This document shows positions 46,495 to 59,852 of a DNA stretch of 64,000 nt, piece by piece. The first letter of the stretch is position 1. Every line of letters starts with the position of its first letter. The translations under genes and the position numbers were made by a program. The stretch spans positions 3,999-67,998 of the forward strand of contig JBBQRB010000001.1 of assembly GCA_038215315.1 (NCBI GenBank). Direction: 5' to 3'. Below the pieces are notes generated by a model. It searched no databases. It was not told the origin of the DNA and worked only from the letters and a program-made list of their open reading frames with translations. The stretch comes from Pseudanabaenales cyanobacterium (lineage in GTDB: Bacteria; Cyanobacteriota; Cyanobacteriia; Pseudanabaenales; Pseudanabaenaceae).

Positions 46495-47295
46495 CTACTG
46501 ATTGAGAATAGAATCCATTTTGGCGAAGCCGATAACCTGCATTTTTCCCTCAGTTACTTCCAATCTCAAGACCCTAGCCGTAATTCCTTTTTCTTCTAGT
46601 TGTCGTAAATCCAGCACTTTATTTAACCCTTCAGCAAAGGCTCTAGTAATGCGCTCTGGGACAGGCGTACCTGCCAACTCAATTTTAGGGTCAATAATCT
46701 GTAATTTTGTACCGCCAATGGTTTTTAATTGAGCATTTAAAGACACGTCAAGTTTTGTAGGATTAGGCTTACCACTAGTTGGTTGTGACTGCAATGTTGC
46801 TGCTAAACGAAGGCGATCGCCTTCTAAAAAAGTTACCTCTGGATTAACTAGGTCAAGGATCTCAGGATTACTTCTATTAGTACCTGTAATGTCGATACTT
46901 AAACCTTTAAAGGAAGATCGAATAGTCGGCGATCGCAATGCAGTATTTATGTCCTCTGAATTTAAAACAACTCTCACCGCAGCCTGCAAAGGGCGGCGCA
47001 AAACAACTTTTCCTGATTGAAGTGCCACTGGATCAATGCTAACAGGATCAGTCTCAAGATCTACTTCTTCAATTCGCAAGAACTCTAAAACATAAACGCC
47101 TCTGGCTGCTACCCGAATGCGATCAACATTACCCAGAAGGATTTGATAGTTAGGCGCATTATCAACCCGCACTTCCAAAACATCAGCCCGAACGATTTGA
47201 CCACGTAAAAGATCAGTTGCAACACGATCAATAACAATTCCTGGTGAGCCTGCTAAGCCTAAGAATGTTGTCAGTAGACCCGCAAATAGTTCCAT
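46495..47295 (-). CDS. DUF2993 (LmeA-like) protein
   Basis: LEVRVDNAPNYQILLGNVDRIRVAARG; LNSEDIN.AL.SP pattern. Confidence 0.75.
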   Translation of the reverse strand: MELFAGLLTTFLGLAGSPGIVIDRVATDLLRGQIVRADVLEVRVDNAPNYQILLGNVDRIRVAARGVYVLEFLRIEEVDLETDPVSIDPVALQSGKVVLRRPLQAAVRVVLNSEDINTALRSPTIRSSFKGLSIDITGTNRSNPEILDLVNPEVTFLEGDRLRLAATLQSQPTSGKPNPTKLDVSLNAQLKTIGGTKLQIIDPKIELAGTPVPERITRAFAEGLNKVLDLRQLEEKGITARVLRLEVTEGKMQVIGFAKMDSILNQ

Positions 47296-47467
47296 AAATG
47301 CAACTTGAATTATCTAGACATCATATCACTAATGAATTTACGCCATTCCTCAAGACTGGTTTTTTGAAAGCCACAATCCACAAAGCCACAATCCACAATG
47401 TAGCTACAGCCTATTGAGACTCTAAAGGACACTGAAAAATTTTCATAACATTGCTGCCAGAACATAC

Positions 47468-47500
47468 TTGACATAAAATGCTGACGTGAGATACTATAAT
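47468..47500 (+). promoter_or_regulatory. Putative sigma70-type promoter of rpoB
   Basis: TTGACA (47468), 18-nt spacer, TACTAT overlapping TATAAT. Confidence 0.5.
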
Positions 47501-47564
47501 GTGCTTATGTTTAGAATTAAAGCTATACATATCATCCGCCCACTAAAACTGCAGTCATTAGTGA

Positions 47565-50500
47565 ATGAATAAGTCTACTCTTGTTACTCCTGCCTTCGTT
47601 CTACCAGATCTTGTAGAAATCCAGCGGGAGAGTTTTCGATGGTTCCTAGAAGAAGGACTTATTGAAGAGCTTGAGAGTTTCTCGCCGATTACAGATTATA
47701 CGGGCAAGATGGAACTCCATTTTATTGCCAAAGACTACAAGCTCAAGCGTCCTAAATATAGTGTTGATGATTCCAAGCGTCGGGATGCAACTTACGCCGT
47801 ACAGATGTACGTTCCCACCAGATTAATCAATAAAGAAACGGGAGAAATCAAGGAGCAAGAAGTATTCATCGGCGATCTGCCTTTGATGACAGACCGTGGA
47901 ACCTTTATTATTAACGGGGCAGAACGAGTAATTGTCAACCAAATTGTTCGTAGCCCTGGTGTATATTACAAGCAAGAAATTGATAAAAACGGTCGCCGAA
48001 CCTACAATGCCAGCTTGATTCCTAACCGAGGAGCTTGGTTGAAGTTTGAAACTGATAAAAATGATTTAGTTTGGGTGCGTATTGACAAAACCCGCAAACT
48101 TTCCGCTCAGGTACTACTCAAGGCAATTGGTTTAAGCGATGCCGAAATTTTGGACGCACTTACCCACCGTGAGTATTTCCAAAAGACCATCGACAAAGAG
48201 GGTCAGTTCGACGAAGATGAAGCGCTAAAAGAGCTATACCGCAAGTTGAGACCAGGAGAGCCGCCTACTGAATCTGGTGGTCGTGAACTGTTGCGATCAC
48301 GCTTTTTCGACCCAAAGCGTTATGACTTGGGTAAGGTTGGTCGGTATAAGCTTAACAAGAAGCTACGTTTAAATACTCCTGACACCATGAGGGTATTAAC
48401 GGAGAAAGATATTCTTACTGCCATCAATTACCTGATCAATCTCAAATTTGATATTGGTGAAATTGACGATATTGATCACTTAGGTAATCGTCGCGTCCGT
48501 TCTGTTGGTGAACTGCTACAGAATCAAGTTCGAGTCGGTTTAAACCGACTCGAAAGAATCATCCGTGAAAGAATGACTGTCTCTGACGTTGATTCACTCA
48601 CACCTGCATCTCTAGTTAATCCAAAGCCTTTAGTTGCCGCAATCAAAGAATTCTTTGGCTCCAGTCAACTATCTCAGTTTATGGATCAAACAAATCCTCT
48701 TGCTGAACTTACGCACAAACGTCGGCTTAGCGCTCTAGGTCCTGGCGGTTTAACTCGTGAACGCGCAGGGTTTGCGGTGCGTGATATCCACCCGAGCCAC
48801 TATGGTCGGATCTGCCCTATTGAAACACCAGAAGGTCCAAACGCAGGCTTAATTGGTTCCCTCGCCACTCATGCACGTGTCAACCAATATGGTTTTATCG
48901 AGACTCCATATTATGCAGTTGAGAACGGTAAAGTTCTAAAAAACCAAGAGCCGATTTACATGACTGCTGACGAGGAAGATGAATTCCGCGTTGCACCTGG
49001 AGACGTTGCTACTAATGACGAAGGATATATCTTTAGCGAAATTGTACCAATTCGTTATCGTCAAGAATGGGGTACTGCAACACCAGAGGAAATCGACTAT
49101 GTAGCCGTTTCTCCTGTGCAGATCATCTCTGTCGCAACATCATTAATTCCTTTTCTAGAACATGACGATGCCAACCGCGCCCTAATGGGGTCGAATATGC
49201 AACGTCAAGCAGTTCCTCTTCTTCGTCCTGAGCGCCCCTTAGTTGGTACTGGCTTAGAAGCGCAAGCGGCTAGAGACTCAGGGATGGTGATTGTTTCGAG
49301 AGTCACAGGCGATGTTTCCTACGTGTCTGCTGACGAAATTCGCGTCAAGGCTGATGATACTGGTCTAGAAAGCATCTATCGTCTGCAAAAATATCAGCGC
49401 TCGAACCAAGATACTTGCTTGAACCAACGTCCCTTGGTATGGGTCGGCGATAGTGTAGTTGCGGGACAAGTACTAGCTGACGGGTCTGCTACTGAAGGCG
49501 GCGAAATTGCTCTTGGTCAAAACATTCTCGTAGCCTATATGCCTTGGGAAGGCTACAACTACGAAGACGCAATTTTGATTAATGAGCGACTAGTAATTGA
49601 CGATGTTTACACCTCGATTCACGTTGAAAAATATGAAATTGAGGCTCGTCAGACGAAGTTAGGTCCTGAAGAAATTACCCGCGAGATTCCTAACGTTGGT
49701 GAGGACTCACTCCGCAATCTAGATGAGCAGGGAATTATTCGGATTGGTGCTTGGGTTAGTTCTGGTGAGATCCTTGTTGGTAAAGTCACGCCCAAAGGTG
49801 AATCTGATCAGCCGCCCGAAGAAAAGCTATTGAGAGCAATCTTCGGAGAAAAAGCTAGAGATGTCAGAGATAACTCCTTGCGAGTTCCTAATGGTGAAAA
49901 AGGTCGTGTAGTTGATGTACGAGTATTTACTCGTGAACAAGGCGACGAGTTACCCCCTGGGGCAAACATGGTTGTCCGTGTCTATGTTGCCCAGAAACGG
50001 AAGATTCAAGTTGGCGACAAAATGGCAGGTCGTCACGGTAATAAGGGAATCATTTCGCGAATTCTACCTAAGGAAGATATGCCCTTTCTACCTGACGGAA
50101 CTCCACTTGACATCGTACTCAATCCTCTCGGTGTGCCATCACGGATGAATGTAGGTCAAGTTTTTGAGTGCCTTTTAGGTTGGGCTGCGGAAAACTTGAA
50201 TGCTCGCTTCAAAATCGTACCTTTCGATGAAATGTATGGAGAAGAGGCTTCCAGAGAGTTAGTACATGGTCAACTTGAACACGCTCGTAGCCATACTGGA
50301 AAAGATTGGATCTTTAACGACGCATTTCCTGGCAAGCTAACTGTCTATGACGGTCGGACGGGTGAACCGTTTGATCAACCTGTGACTGTTGGTAAGGCGT
50401 ATATGCTGAAACTTGTTCACCTAGTTGATGACAAAATTCATGCTCGCTCAACAGGACCTTATTCTCTAGTCACACAGCAGCCTCTGGGTGGTAAAGCCCA

Positions 50501-50867
50501 ACAAGGTGGTCAGCGTTTTGGAGAAATGGAGGTGTGGGCTTTGGAGGCATTTGGTGCTGCCTATATTCTTCAAGAGCTACTCACTGTTAAGTCTGATGAT
50601 ATGACTGGCCGGAATGAAGCTCTGAATGCGATCGTCAAGGGTCATGCCATTCCGCGACCTGGTACTCCAGAATCATTCAAAGTACTAGTGCGTGAGCTTC
50701 AGTCTCTATGTCTAGATGTTTCAGTACATAAGCTTTCTGACGATGGTAGCAATCAAGATACTGAGGTGGATTTAATGGTAGATGCTGGCTCCCGCCGCAC
50801 CCCAAATCGTCCTACTTACGAATCCGCCTATAGAGGTGACATCAACTTTGATGAGGATGATGACTAA
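47565..50867 (+). CDS. rpoB: RNA polymerase beta subunit
   Basis: [18 protein letters not shown]; [12 protein letters not shown]; [14 protein letters not shown]. Confidence 0.99.
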   Translation: MNKSTLVTPAFVLPDLVEIQRESFRWFLEEGLIEELESFSPITDYTGKMELHFIAKDYKLKRPKYSVDDSKRRDATYAVQMYVPTRLINKETGEIKEQEVFIGDLPLMTDRGTFIINGAERVIVNQIVRSPGVYYKQEIDKNGRRTYNASLIPNRGAWLKFETDKNDLVWVRIDKTRKLSAQVLLKAIGLSDAEILDALTHREYFQKTIDKEGQFDEDEALKELYRKLRPGEPPTESGGRELLRSRFFDPKRYDLGKVGRYKLNKKLRLNTPDTMRVLTEKDILTAINYLINLKFDIGEIDDIDHLGNRRVRSVGELLQNQVRVGLNRLERIIRERMTVSDVDSLTPASLVNPKPLVAAIKEFFGSSQLSQFMDQTNPLAELTHKRRLSALGPGGLTRERAGFAVRDIHPSHYGRICPIETPEGPNAGLIGSLATHARVNQYGFIETPYYAVENGKVLKNQEPIYMTADEEDEFRVAPGDVATNDEGYIFSEIVPIRYRQEWGTATPEEIDYVAVSPVQIISVATSLIPFLEHDDANRALMGSNMQRQAVPLLRPERPLVGTGLEAQAARDSGMVIVSRVTGDVSYVSADEIRVKADDTGLESIYRLQKYQRSNQDTCLNQRPLVWVGDSVVAGQVLADGSATEGGEIALGQNILVAYMPWEGYNYEDAILINERLVIDDVYTSIHVEKYEIEARQTKLGPEEITREIPNVGEDSLRNLDEQGIIRIGAWVSSGEILVGKVTPKGESDQPPEEKLLRAIFGEKARDVRDNSLRVPNGEKGRVVDVRVFTREQGDELPPGANMVVRVYVAQKRKIQVGDKMAGRHGNKGIISRILPKEDMPFLPDGTPLDIVLNPLGVPSRMNVGQVFECLLGWAAENLNARFKIVPFDEMYGEEASRELVHGQLEHARSHTGKDWIFNDAFPGKLTVYDGRTGEPFDQPVTVGKAYMLKLVHLVDDKIHARSTGPYSLVTQQPLGGKAQQGGQRFGEMEVWALEAFGAAYILQELLTVKSDDMTGRNEALNAIVKGHAIPRPGTPESFKVLVRELQSLCLDVSVHKLSDDGSNQDTEVDLMVDAGSRRTPNRPTYESAYRGDINFDEDDD

Positions 50868-51059
50868 CTAGGGACTAGCTATTGGGGGCAATTCTGTTGC
50901 CCTTCTGTTGACCTTTGGGTACATAGTTGCTCCTCAATAGTTAGTGACAAAAGATGTATTGATCGGGTTATGCGATCGCAATTCAATCATTTGAAAAGCT
51001 GATAGCTACACGCTATTAGCTATTTACCTAAAGAACTTAATTTAAGGACGTTACAACGC

Positions 51060-53096
51060 ATGGCGAAAGTGGAACAGCGATTTGACTATGTCAAGATTGG
51101 CTTAGCATCACCTGATCGCATTCGTAAGTGGGGCGAACGGGTTTTGCCTAACGGTAGCTTGGTTGGTGAGGTTACTAAGCCTGAGACGATTAACTACCGC
51201 ACCCTCAAACCAGAAATGGATGGGTTATTTTGCGAAAGAATATTCGGTCCTGCTAAGGACTGGGAATGTCATTGCGGTAAATATAAACGAGTACGGCATC
51301 GTGGTATCGTTTGCGAACGGTGTGGCGTAGAAGTAACTGAATCACGGGTGCGTCGTCACCGTATGGGCTTCATTAAATTGGCAGCCTCGGTTACCCATGT
51401 TTGGTATCTCAAGGGTATTCCTAGCTACATGGCAACCTTGCTAGATATGCCCCTGCGTGATGTAGAACAGATAGTTTATTTTAACGCTTATGTCGTCATT
51501 AACCCTGGTCTCCGATCAGAGGTAGATGGTGTAATTGTATCGGTCAATAGCCGTGAGATCCGCATACGGGGTGTTGATGGCGTTGAGACAGCCTACTATC
51601 TTCACCCCAAGCATGTTTCTACAGTTGTTGAAGGTAAGACAGTAGAGACGGGTGAGGTAATTGCTGGAGCTTATGGTTTGTCTTATAAGCAACTGCTTAC
51701 TGAAGATCAATGGATTGATTTAGAAGACCAAATTTATGCTGAAGATCCTGTGTTGGAAGGCATTGAAGTTGGCATTGGTGCGGAGGCAATTAAGCAGTTA
51801 CTGCAAAATATCAATCTTGAAAAAGAAGCAGAACGGCTTCGCACTGATATTGGGAACTCTAAAGGGCAGAAACGAGCCAAGCTAATCAAGCGCCTACGTG
51901 TAGTTGATAACTTTGTAGCGACTGGCTCTAAGCCAGATTGGATGGTTTTAGACGTTATTCCTGTTATTCCTCCTGATTTACGTCCAATGGTGCAACTTGA
52001 TGGCGGTCGATTCGCTACTAGCGATCTGAATGATCTTTACCGTCGTGTGATCAACCGAAATAATCGTCTTGCGCGCTTGCAAGAAATTCTGGCACCTGAA
52101 ATTATTGTCCGTAATGAAAAGCGGATGTTACAGGAAGCCGTAGATGCCCTAATTGATAATGGTCGTCGTGGACGCACTGTAGTTGGAGCGAATAATCGTC
52201 CTCTTAAGTCTCTTTCTGACATTATTGAAGGGAAACAAGGGCGTTTTCGTCAGAACTTGCTTGGTAAGCGTGTTGACTACTCAGGTCGTTCAGTGATCGT
52301 GGTAGGACCGAATCTCAAGATTCACCAGTGCGGTTTGCCTAAGGAAATGGCTATAGAGCTATTTCAGCCCTTTGTGATTCATCGCCTAATTAAGACGGGC
52401 TTGGTAAACAATATCAAGGCAGCTAAGAAATTAATTCAGCGTAATGATCCATCTGTATGGGATGTGCTAGAAGATGTAATCCGCGAGCATCCTGTAATGT
52501 TAAATCGCGCTCCGACGCTTCACCGTTTAGGTATCCAAGCTTTTGAGCCTTTATTAGTTAGCGGTCGTGCGATTCAACTGCACCCTCTTGTTTGTCCAGC
52601 TTTCAATGCTGACTTTGATGGTGACCAAATGGCAGTTCACGTTCCTCTGTCTATTGAGGCTCAAGCTGAAGCAAGAATGTTGATGCTTGCGTCCAATAAC
52701 ATTCTCTCGCCAGCTACTGGTCGTCCGATTGTGACTCCCAGTCAAGACATGGTTTTGGGCTGTTACTATCTCACCACCGAAAATCCTTATAAGCAGAAGG
52801 GAGTAGGTCGATATTTTGCCAACTTTAACGATGTAGTTATGGCCTACGAACAGGCCGAGTTAGATATTCACGCGAATATCTGGGTGCGCTTTGAAGGTGT
52901 GGTTGAAGGACAAGGTGAAGAGAGGGACGATGAAGAACCAAAGCTTACTGTTTTAGAGGATGGCTCAAGAGTTAAAGAATTCTCCTTCCGTCGTATTCGA
53001 GAAGATGCTGAAGGAGAGTTAATTTCTCAATACATCAAGACAACTCCGGGAAGAGTAATTTTTAATCAAGCAATCTACGCTTCCTTAGTTAGTTAG
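51060..53096 (+). CDS. rpoC1: RNA polymerase gamma subunit, with a 53-aa insertion
   Basis: Zn finger CHCGKYK…CERC; NADFDGD catalytic motif. Confidence 0.99.
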   Translation: MAKVEQRFDYVKIGLASPDRIRKWGERVLPNGSLVGEVTKPETINYRTLKPEMDGLFCERIFGPAKDWECHCGKYKRVRHRGIVCERCGVEVTESRVRRHRMGFIKLAASVTHVWYLKGIPSYMATLLDMPLRDVEQIVYFNAYVVINPGLRSEVDGVIVSVNSREIRIRGVDGVETAYYLHPKHVSTVVEGKTVETGEVIAGAYGLSYKQLLTEDQWIDLEDQIYAEDPVLEGIEVGIGAEAIKQLLQNINLEKEAERLRTDIGNSKGQKRAKLIKRLRVVDNFVATGSKPDWMVLDVIPVIPPDLRPMVQLDGGRFATSDLNDLYRRVINRNNRLARLQEILAPEIIVRNEKRMLQEAVDALIDNGRRGRTVVGANNRPLKSLSDIIEGKQGRFRQNLLGKRVDYSGRSVIVVGPNLKIHQCGLPKEMAIELFQPFVIHRLIKTGLVNNIKAAKKLIQRNDPSVWDVLEDVIREHPVMLNRAPTLHRLGIQAFEPLLVSGRAIQLHPLVCPAFNADFDGDQMAVHVPLSIEAQAEARMLMLASNNILSPATGRPIVTPSQDMVLGCYYLTTENPYKQKGVGRYFANFNDVVMAYEQAELDIHANIWVRFEGVVEGQGEERDDEEPKLTVLEDGSRVKEFSFRRIREDAEGELISQYIKTTPGRVIFNQAIYASLVS

Positions 53097-53202
53097 CCCA
53101 GTTTCCTCCTCTCTTAATTCATCGAAGGATACCTATTTCTCTTAGTTGAGAAATAGGTATCAAAGCCAATTATTTAAAAGATTATCTAGTAGCTTATATA
53201 CC

Positions 53203-56200
53203 ATGGCAAATTTCACGACTAGCAGCACGGATTCGCCTGAAGACAAAAAGCCTCAGCGTTTTATCAACCGTACAATTGATAAAGGGCAGCTTAAAAAATT
53301 AATTGCATGGGCTTTTACTAACTATGGAACCACCAGCGCTGCGATCGTTGCCGATCAACTTAAAGCATTGGGTTTTCGTTATGCAACGCAGGCTGGTATT
53401 TCTATCAGTATTGATGATTTACAGGTTCCTGCTACTAAGAAAGCGTTGTTAGCTGCTGCGGAGCTGGAACTTGAAGAAACAGAGAGTCGCTATACCAGAG
53501 GTGAGATTACTGAAGTAGAGCGTTTTCAAAAGGTTATCGATACTTGGAACGTTACTAACGAGAACCTCAAGGACGAGGTGGTCAAGAACTTTCAGAACAA
53601 CAATCCTCTTAACTCTGTATATATGATGGCGTTCTCTGGTGCGCGTGGCAATATGTCGCAGGTGCGTCAGTTGGTAGGTATGCGCGGCTTGATGGCTGAT
53701 CCTCAAGGGGAAATCATAGATTTACCGATTAAGACAAATTTCCGTGAAGGGCTGACAGTTACGGAGTACATTATTTCTTCTTACGGTGCGCGTAAGGGGT
53801 TAGTTGACACCGCGCTACGGACAGCCGACTCTGGATACCTCACTCGCCGTCTAGTTGATGTGTCGCAGGATGTGATTGTCCGTGAGAATGATTGCGGTAC
53901 AACTCGTGGTATTCGTTTAAGAGCAATGCGTGATGGGGAAAAGACGCTTATCAAGTTGTCTGATCGTCTTTTTGGTAGGGTCGCGGCTGAAGATATTGTC
54001 GACCCCAGAACGGGTGAAGTAATCGTCATGCGTAACCAAGAGATATCCGAAGAACTCTCCTTGACTGTTCAAAAGGCTGGTGTCGAAGAAGTCTGTGTTC
54101 GCTCTGCTTTTACCTGTGAATCAACTCGCTCAGTTTGTCAGATGTGCTATGGCTGGAGTCTTGCCCATGCTGAATTGGTGAACATTGGTGAGGCTGTCGG
54201 CATCATTGCTGCTCAGTCAATCGGCGAGCCAGGCACGCAGTTGACTATGCGTACTTTCCACACGGGTGGTGTAGTTACTGGGGAAGTTGCTGAACAGCAA
54301 CGCGCTCCCTATGGAGGTACTGTCAAGTACAGCAAAAAGCTGAAAGTTCGCCCGATGCGTACTCGTCATGGGGAAGATGCATTCATTATTGAGTCTAACG
54401 GTGACTTTACGCTAGAAAGTGCTGAAGGTAAACGCTCTTATACTGTTACACAAGGTTCGACTTTATTAGTTAGTGATGGACAAAAGGTAACTCACAATCA
54501 GCTAATGGCAGAGGTCTCTGTCACAGGTAAAACTTCTCGTAAGACAACAGAAAAAGCAACTAAGGCTTTAAATACTGGTTTGGCTGGCGAAGTTTTATTT
54601 TCTGATCTGGCGATCGAGGAGAAAAAAGACCGTCAAGGTAATACTAGCTATGTGGCTCGTGGTGAAAAAGGTAGGGTTTGGGTCTTATCTGGTGAGGTTT
54701 ATAACTTACCTCCTGGTGCTGAACCAACGGTTAAAAATGAGGCTTCTGTGCAAGAGGGTGACGTACTTGCTGAAACTCGTTTGATTACTGAGCATGGCGG
54801 TGTTGTCCGTCTCAGTGAAGAAGACAGTCGCCACAATCGCGAGGTTGAGATTATTACGGCTTCTGTGGTTTTAGATCAGGCGATCGTTAAGGAGGAAAGT
54901 TACCAAGGTCGCGAGCATTATGTGCTTGAAACTCAGGGCGGTCAGAATTTCTCTTTGAAGGCTTCTCCAGGTACAAAATTAATTAACAATCAAGTTGTTG
55001 CGGAATTAATTGATGATACTTATCAGACTAAGAGTGGTGGCATTATTAAGTTTGCAGGCGTAGAGGTTGCTAAGCGCAGTAAGGGCAAGCAGGGTTATGA
55101 AGTCGTCAAGGGCGGCACTTTGCTCTGGGTTCCTGAAGAAACCCATGAAGTTAACAAAGATGCTTCTTTGTTGATGGTGGAGGAGAATCAGTTTATTGAG
55201 GCTGGTACGGAAGTTGTTAAGGACATCTTCAGCCAAACTGCGGGAGTAGTGGAAGTATTTCAAAAGAATGATATTCTTCGTGAAATCGTGATTAAACCAG
55301 GTGATTTACATTTGGTTGACGATCCTCAAACGGCGATGCAGAAGAATGGCTCTTTAGCTTATCCTGGTACAGAAATCATGCCAGGGTTGACTTCTCCTGA
55401 GTTGAGATATGTTGAATATCTTGATTCTACTGAAGGTCCAGCACTATTGTTGCGTCCTGTAGAAGAGTACCAAGTACCTGATGTGCCAACAGTTCCTAGC
55501 CAAGAGTCGGTCAATCAGGAAGGTCGCTCTATTGGTTTGCGGGCTGTGCAACGGATTCCTTACAAGGATGGCGATCGCGTGAAAGCGATCGATAGTGTTG
55601 AACTTCTGAAAACTCAACTGCTTTTGGAGGTTGATACTGACGCACCACAATTGGCTGCTGACATTGAATTCATCCCCAATGAACAAGATCCTGGTAGCTT
55701 ACGTTTACAGTTGGTAATTTTAGAATCTCTAGTGATTCGCCAAGATAATTCTGGCGATCCTGCTCATAGCAATTCTCGGACAAGATTACTTGTCAATGAT
55801 GGCGATCGCATCGATCCAAGTGCTGTGGTAGCTAGAACAGAGATTCTTTGCAAAAAAGCAGGACAGGTGCGTGGTATCCGTCAAGGCTCCGAAGTAGTTC
55901 GACGCTTGTTGATAGTTACTGATACTGATTGCATCACTACAGATTGCCCGAATCCCACTGTCAAGGCTGGCGATTTGCTAAGTGCTGGTGATCAGATTGG
56001 TGAAGGTGCTATTACTCGAGAGTCTGGGCAGGTTTTGAAGATTGATAACGGTCAAGCGATCATCCGCACTGGTCGTCCTTATCTCATATCCCCTGGTGCA
56101 TTGTTGCAAATCCATGATGCTGACCTAGTACAGAGAGGTGACAACATCGCTTTGTTAGTGTTTGAACGCGCCAAGACGGGAGACATTATCCAAGGTTTAC

Positions 56201-57180
56201 CTCGAATCGAAGAGCTTTTAGAAGCCCGTAAGCCCAAGGAGATGTGTGTATTATCACGGACATCTGGTACTGCTCAAGTGACCTACGATGCTGACGATAA
56301 TCCCGAAGTTAAGATTATTGGTGATGATGGTGTAGTGGATGATGACTATTCGTTCAACGCTGGACAGAGTGTGATTATCTCTGATGGTCAAAAGGTTTCG
56401 GCTGGTGAAGCTATTACTGATGGACCTGCTAATCCCCATGACATTCTGGACATCTACTTCCAAGCCTATAAAGAATCCGTTGGTGTAAAGAAAGCAGCTT
56501 TAATTGGTTTACAGAAGGTTCAAGAGTTCTTGATGAATGAAGTTCAATCTGTCTATCAATCTCAGGGTGTGGATATTTCCGACAAGCATATTGAGGTAAT
56601 TGTTAAGCAAATGACCTCAAAGGTTCGTATCGAAGATGGTGGGGATACTACCCGTCTTCCTGGTGAGCTAGTCGAACTACATCAAGTTGAGCAGATTAAT
56701 GAAGCGATGGAAATCACTGGTGGTGCGCCTGCTGACTACACGCCTGTATTGATGGGCATCACTAAGGCAAGTTTGAACACGGATAGCTTTATCTCGGCAG
56801 CTAGTTTCCAAGAGACAACTCGTGTACTCACTGAAGCAGCGATTGAAGGTAAGTCCGATTGGTTACGCGGCTTGAAGGAGAACGTAATTATCGGTCGTTT
56901 GATTCCTGCGGGTACTGGCTTTAATGCTTACGATACGCCGATTGTGGAAGTGGATAATGGCTACGAGCCTGATCTTGGCTATGACGAAAAAGCGGATGAT
57001 GTGATCATTGATGATAATACGGCGCGGAACTATCAAATTATTGAGCCGCGCGTTGAACCTATTCGGGTGATCGATAAGCCTCGGAGCCGTCGTAGTTTTG
57101 ATGATGAGCTAGTTGATGATGATGTGGAATTTGAAGATGACGATCTTGATGATGATGATGACTTCGATGATGAAGAATAA
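53203..57180 (+). CDS. rpoC2: RNA polymerase beta' (delta) subunit
   Basis: [16 protein letters not shown]; [13 protein letters not shown]; large cyanobacterial SI3; start ATG 53203. Confidence 0.98.
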   Translation: MANFTTSSTDSPEDKKPQRFINRTIDKGQLKKLIAWAFTNYGTTSAAIVADQLKALGFRYATQAGISISIDDLQVPATKKALLAAAELELEETESRYTRGEITEVERFQKVIDTWNVTNENLKDEVVKNFQNNNPLNSVYMMAFSGARGNMSQVRQLVGMRGLMADPQGEIIDLPIKTNFREGLTVTEYIISSYGARKGLVDTALRTADSGYLTRRLVDVSQDVIVRENDCGTTRGIRLRAMRDGEKTLIKLSDRLFGRVAAEDIVDPRTGEVIVMRNQEISEELSLTVQKAGVEEVCVRSAFTCESTRSVCQMCYGWSLAHAELVNIGEAVGIIAAQSIGEPGTQLTMRTFHTGGVVTGEVAEQQRAPYGGTVKYSKKLKVRPMRTRHGEDAFIIESNGDFTLESAEGKRSYTVTQGSTLLVSDGQKVTHNQLMAEVSVTGKTSRKTTEKATKALNTGLAGEVLFSDLAIEEKKDRQGNTSYVARGEKGRVWVLSGEVYNLPPGAEPTVKNEASVQEGDVLAETRLITEHGGVVRLSEEDSRHNREVEIITASVVLDQAIVKEESYQGREHYVLETQGGQNFSLKASPGTKLINNQVVAELIDDTYQTKSGGIIKFAGVEVAKRSKGKQGYEVVKGGTLLWVPEETHEVNKDASLLMVEENQFIEAGTEVVKDIFSQTAGVVEVFQKNDILREIVIKPGDLHLVDDPQTAMQKNGSLAYPGTEIMPGLTSPELRYVEYLDSTEGPALLLRPVEEYQVPDVPTVPSQESVNQEGRSIGLRAVQRIPYKDGDRVKAIDSVELLKTQLLLEVDTDAPQLAADIEFIPNEQDPGSLRLQLVILESLVIRQDNSGDPAHSNSRTRLLVNDGDRIDPSAVVARTEILCKKAGQVRGIRQGSEVVRRLLIVTDTDCITTDCPNPTVKAGDLLSAGDQIGEGAITRESGQVLKIDNGQAIIRTGRPYLISPGALLQIHDADLVQRGDNIALLVFERAKTGDIIQGLPRIEELLEARKPKEMCVLSRTSGTAQVTYDADDNPEVKIIGDDGVVDDDYSFNAGQSVIISDGQKVSAGEAITDGPANPHDILDIYFQAYKESVGVKKAALIGLQKVQEFLMNEVQSVYQSQGVDISDKHIEVIVKQMTSKVRIEDGGDTTRLPGELVELHQVEQINEAMEITGGAPADYTPVLMGITKASLNTDSFISAASFQETTRVLTEAAIEGKSDWLRGLKENVIIGRLIPAGTGFNAYDTPIVEVDNGYEPDLGYDEKADDVIIDDNTARNYQIIEPRVEPIRVIDKPRSRRSFDDELVDDDVEFEDDDLDDDDDFDDEE

Positions 57181-57262
57181 CTAATAAAAGGCGGTGCTAA
57201 GCACCGCCTTTTATTAGTTTTAGAGAGATAATTGCAACGCTTAGCGCTGCAATTATCTCTTT
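57179..57262. repeat. Two palindromes after rpoC2 (the first is a likely terminator)
   Basis: AACTAATAAAAGGCGGTGC-TAA-GCACCGCCTTTTATTAGTT; AGAGATAATTGCA…TGCAATTATCTCT. Confidence 0.8.
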
Positions 57263-57299
57263 GGTATTAAAATTAGATTTAAGCAACATCATAGTAAGC

Positions 57300-57551
57300 A
57301 TGAAGTATCAAGCCCGTATATTTATCACTCTACGTCCATCGGTTCTCGATCCCGCAGGCACTGCGGTGCAGTCTGCTCTCAAACAAATGGATTATCACGT
57401 TGATTCTGTCCGCATTGGTAAATATGTAGAAATTGCGCTTGAAGCAAATGATGACGAAGAAGCTACTCAAAAACTCGATGAAGCTGCTGATAAGCTACTG
57501 GCTAATCCTGTAATCGAAAATTATCGCTTTGAGTTTACTCAGGTCACTTAG
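57300..57551 (+). CDS. purS: FGAM synthase subunit PurS
   Basis: LRPSVLDPAG; VRIGKY; LLANPVIENY; start ATG 57300. Confidence 0.95.
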   Translation: MKYQARIFITLRPSVLDPAGTAVQSALKQMDYHVDSVRIGKYVEIALEANDDEEATQKLDEAADKLLANPVIENYRFEFTQVT

Positions 57552-57556
57552 GAGTT

Positions 57557-58261
57557 ATGAGTATGAAGTTTGGTATTTTAGTTTTTCCAGGTTCCAATTG
57601 CGATCGCGATGTGGCGACAGTTACCAGTGGTATTTTGCAGCAACCGACTAGGTTAATTTGGCATACTGATACGGATTTGAGTGATTGTGATGTAGTTGTT
57701 GTGCCTGGGGGATTTAGCTATGGTGACTATCTGCGCTGCGGGGCGATCGCTAGATTTGCACCCGTAATGCGATCGCTACAGGCCCACGCCTCTAAGGGCA
57801 AATATGTACTGGGCATTTGTAACGGGCTCCAGATTTTAACTGAATCTGGACTATTGCAAGGCGCATTAGTTCGCAATCGCGATTTACATTTTATTTGCGA
57901 TCGCGTTGCTCTGAGGGTTGAGCGTAATGATTTGATATTCACTCAGAAATATCAAAAGCATCAGGTAATTAATTTGCCGATTGCCCATGGCGAAGGCTGT
58001 TATTTTGCTGATGCTGACACACTCAAAGAAATTGAAGATAATCAGCAAGTTGTATTTCGTTACAGTGATGCGATCGGCAATGTCACTAATGTCGCCAACC
58101 CCAATGGCTCGCTCAACAACATTGCAGGGATTACTAACAAACAGGGAAATGTCATCGGAATGATGCCCCATCCAGAACGGGCGGCTGAAAAAGCTGTTGG
58201 CGGTATTGATGGCAAAGCTTTATTTGAAGGACTGATTTCAGGTTTATTGATCAATGCCTAG
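57557..58261 (+). CDS. purQ: FGAM synthase subunit PurQ
   Basis: FPGSNCD; GGFSYGDYLR; GICNG; MMPHPER. Confidence 0.97.
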   Translation: MSMKFGILVFPGSNCDRDVATVTSGILQQPTRLIWHTDTDLSDCDVVVVPGGFSYGDYLRCGAIARFAPVMRSLQAHASKGKYVLGICNGLQILTESGLLQGALVRNRDLHFICDRVALRVERNDLIFTQKYQKHQVINLPIAHGEGCYFADADTLKEIEDNQQVVFRYSDAIGNVTNVANPNGSLNNIAGITNKQGNVIGMMPHPERAAEKAVGGIDGKALFEGLISGLLINA

Positions 58262-58757
58262 CCTATATTTAATTCGTCATGGGATTGCTGAAGAGCGTGG
58301 CACATATGCAGATGATAACCTGCGATCGCTAACTGACGAGGGGCGTAAAAAAACCAAGCAAGTTGCTAAACGCTTGTATGATTTAGGTCTACGTTTTGAC
58401 ATATTACAAACTAGTCCCCTAGTTCGCGCTCAACAGACATCTGAAATATTTGTCAATATATTTAACTGCCCTGTTGAACAGTCAAAAGAGCTTGCTCCAG
58501 AAGGGAATCTAGAAGCATGGCTCAGTTGGGCAAATGAATGGATTTCTGAACATCCTCACCCTGCAAGAGCTTCGTTGGGAATCATTGGACATGAGCCAGA
58601 TCTCAGTACTTGGGCGGAAATGTTAATTTGGGGAAATTCAAAGGGATCTCTAGTTTTGAAAAAGGCAGGAATAATCGGACTAGCTTTACCTGAAAATGAG
58701 CCTTGGCAAGGAAATAGTATTCTGTTTCTCTCAATTCCACCTAAATTATTAATTTAA
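58254..58757 (+). CDS. sixA: Phosphohistidine phosphatase SixA
   Basis: LYLIRHG; SPLVRAQQT; GHEP. Confidence 0.92.
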   Translation: MPSLYLIRHGIAEERGTYADDNLRSLTDEGRKKTKQVAKRLYDLGLRFDILQTSPLVRAQQTSEIFVNIFNCPVEQSKELAPEGNLEAWLSWANEWISEHPHPARASLGIIGHEPDLSTWAEMLIWGNSKGSLVLKKAGIIGLALPENEPWQGNSILFLSIPPKLLI

Positions 58758-58870
58758 AAAACAATTTTGGGTTTTGTAGCACCGAAGGTGCTACAAAACC
58801 CAAAATTGTTTTCATAAGATTTTTTTACTGAAAGGAAATAGAGGCGGCGTAGTGCGCCGTCTCTATTTTT
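58756..58870. repeat. Family-E palindrome plus a short GGCGGCG hairpin
   Basis: AAAACAATTTTGGGTTTTGTAGCACC-GAA-GGTGCTACAAAACCCAAAATTGTTTTCATAA; AAATAGAGGCGGCG…CGCCGTCTCTATTT. Confidence 0.85.
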
Positions 58871-58928
58871 TAGTTTGTGACCATGAATCGTTAAACTGGT
58901 AAAACCGCAATTTTTAAAGCAAATTTAA

Positions 58929-59696
<768 letters not shown>

Positions 59697-59852
59697 ACCA
59701 GAGAAGGGTAATTTTGCACCCTTCTTTAATTTTATGAACTTCACTGTGCGATCGCGGGTCATGTCGAAGCAGGAATGTATGGCAGTATCACAACTCAACC
59801 AAGCGCGTAGAATAAGGAAATAGCTCGATTTTCAATCAAAGATTTAATCCTC

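Noticed and set aside
51510-51668. Intein or intron in rpoC1
   Set aside because: The insert is only 53 aa, in frame, has no N-terminal Cys/Ser or C-terminal His-Asn, and shows no group I/II intron features.
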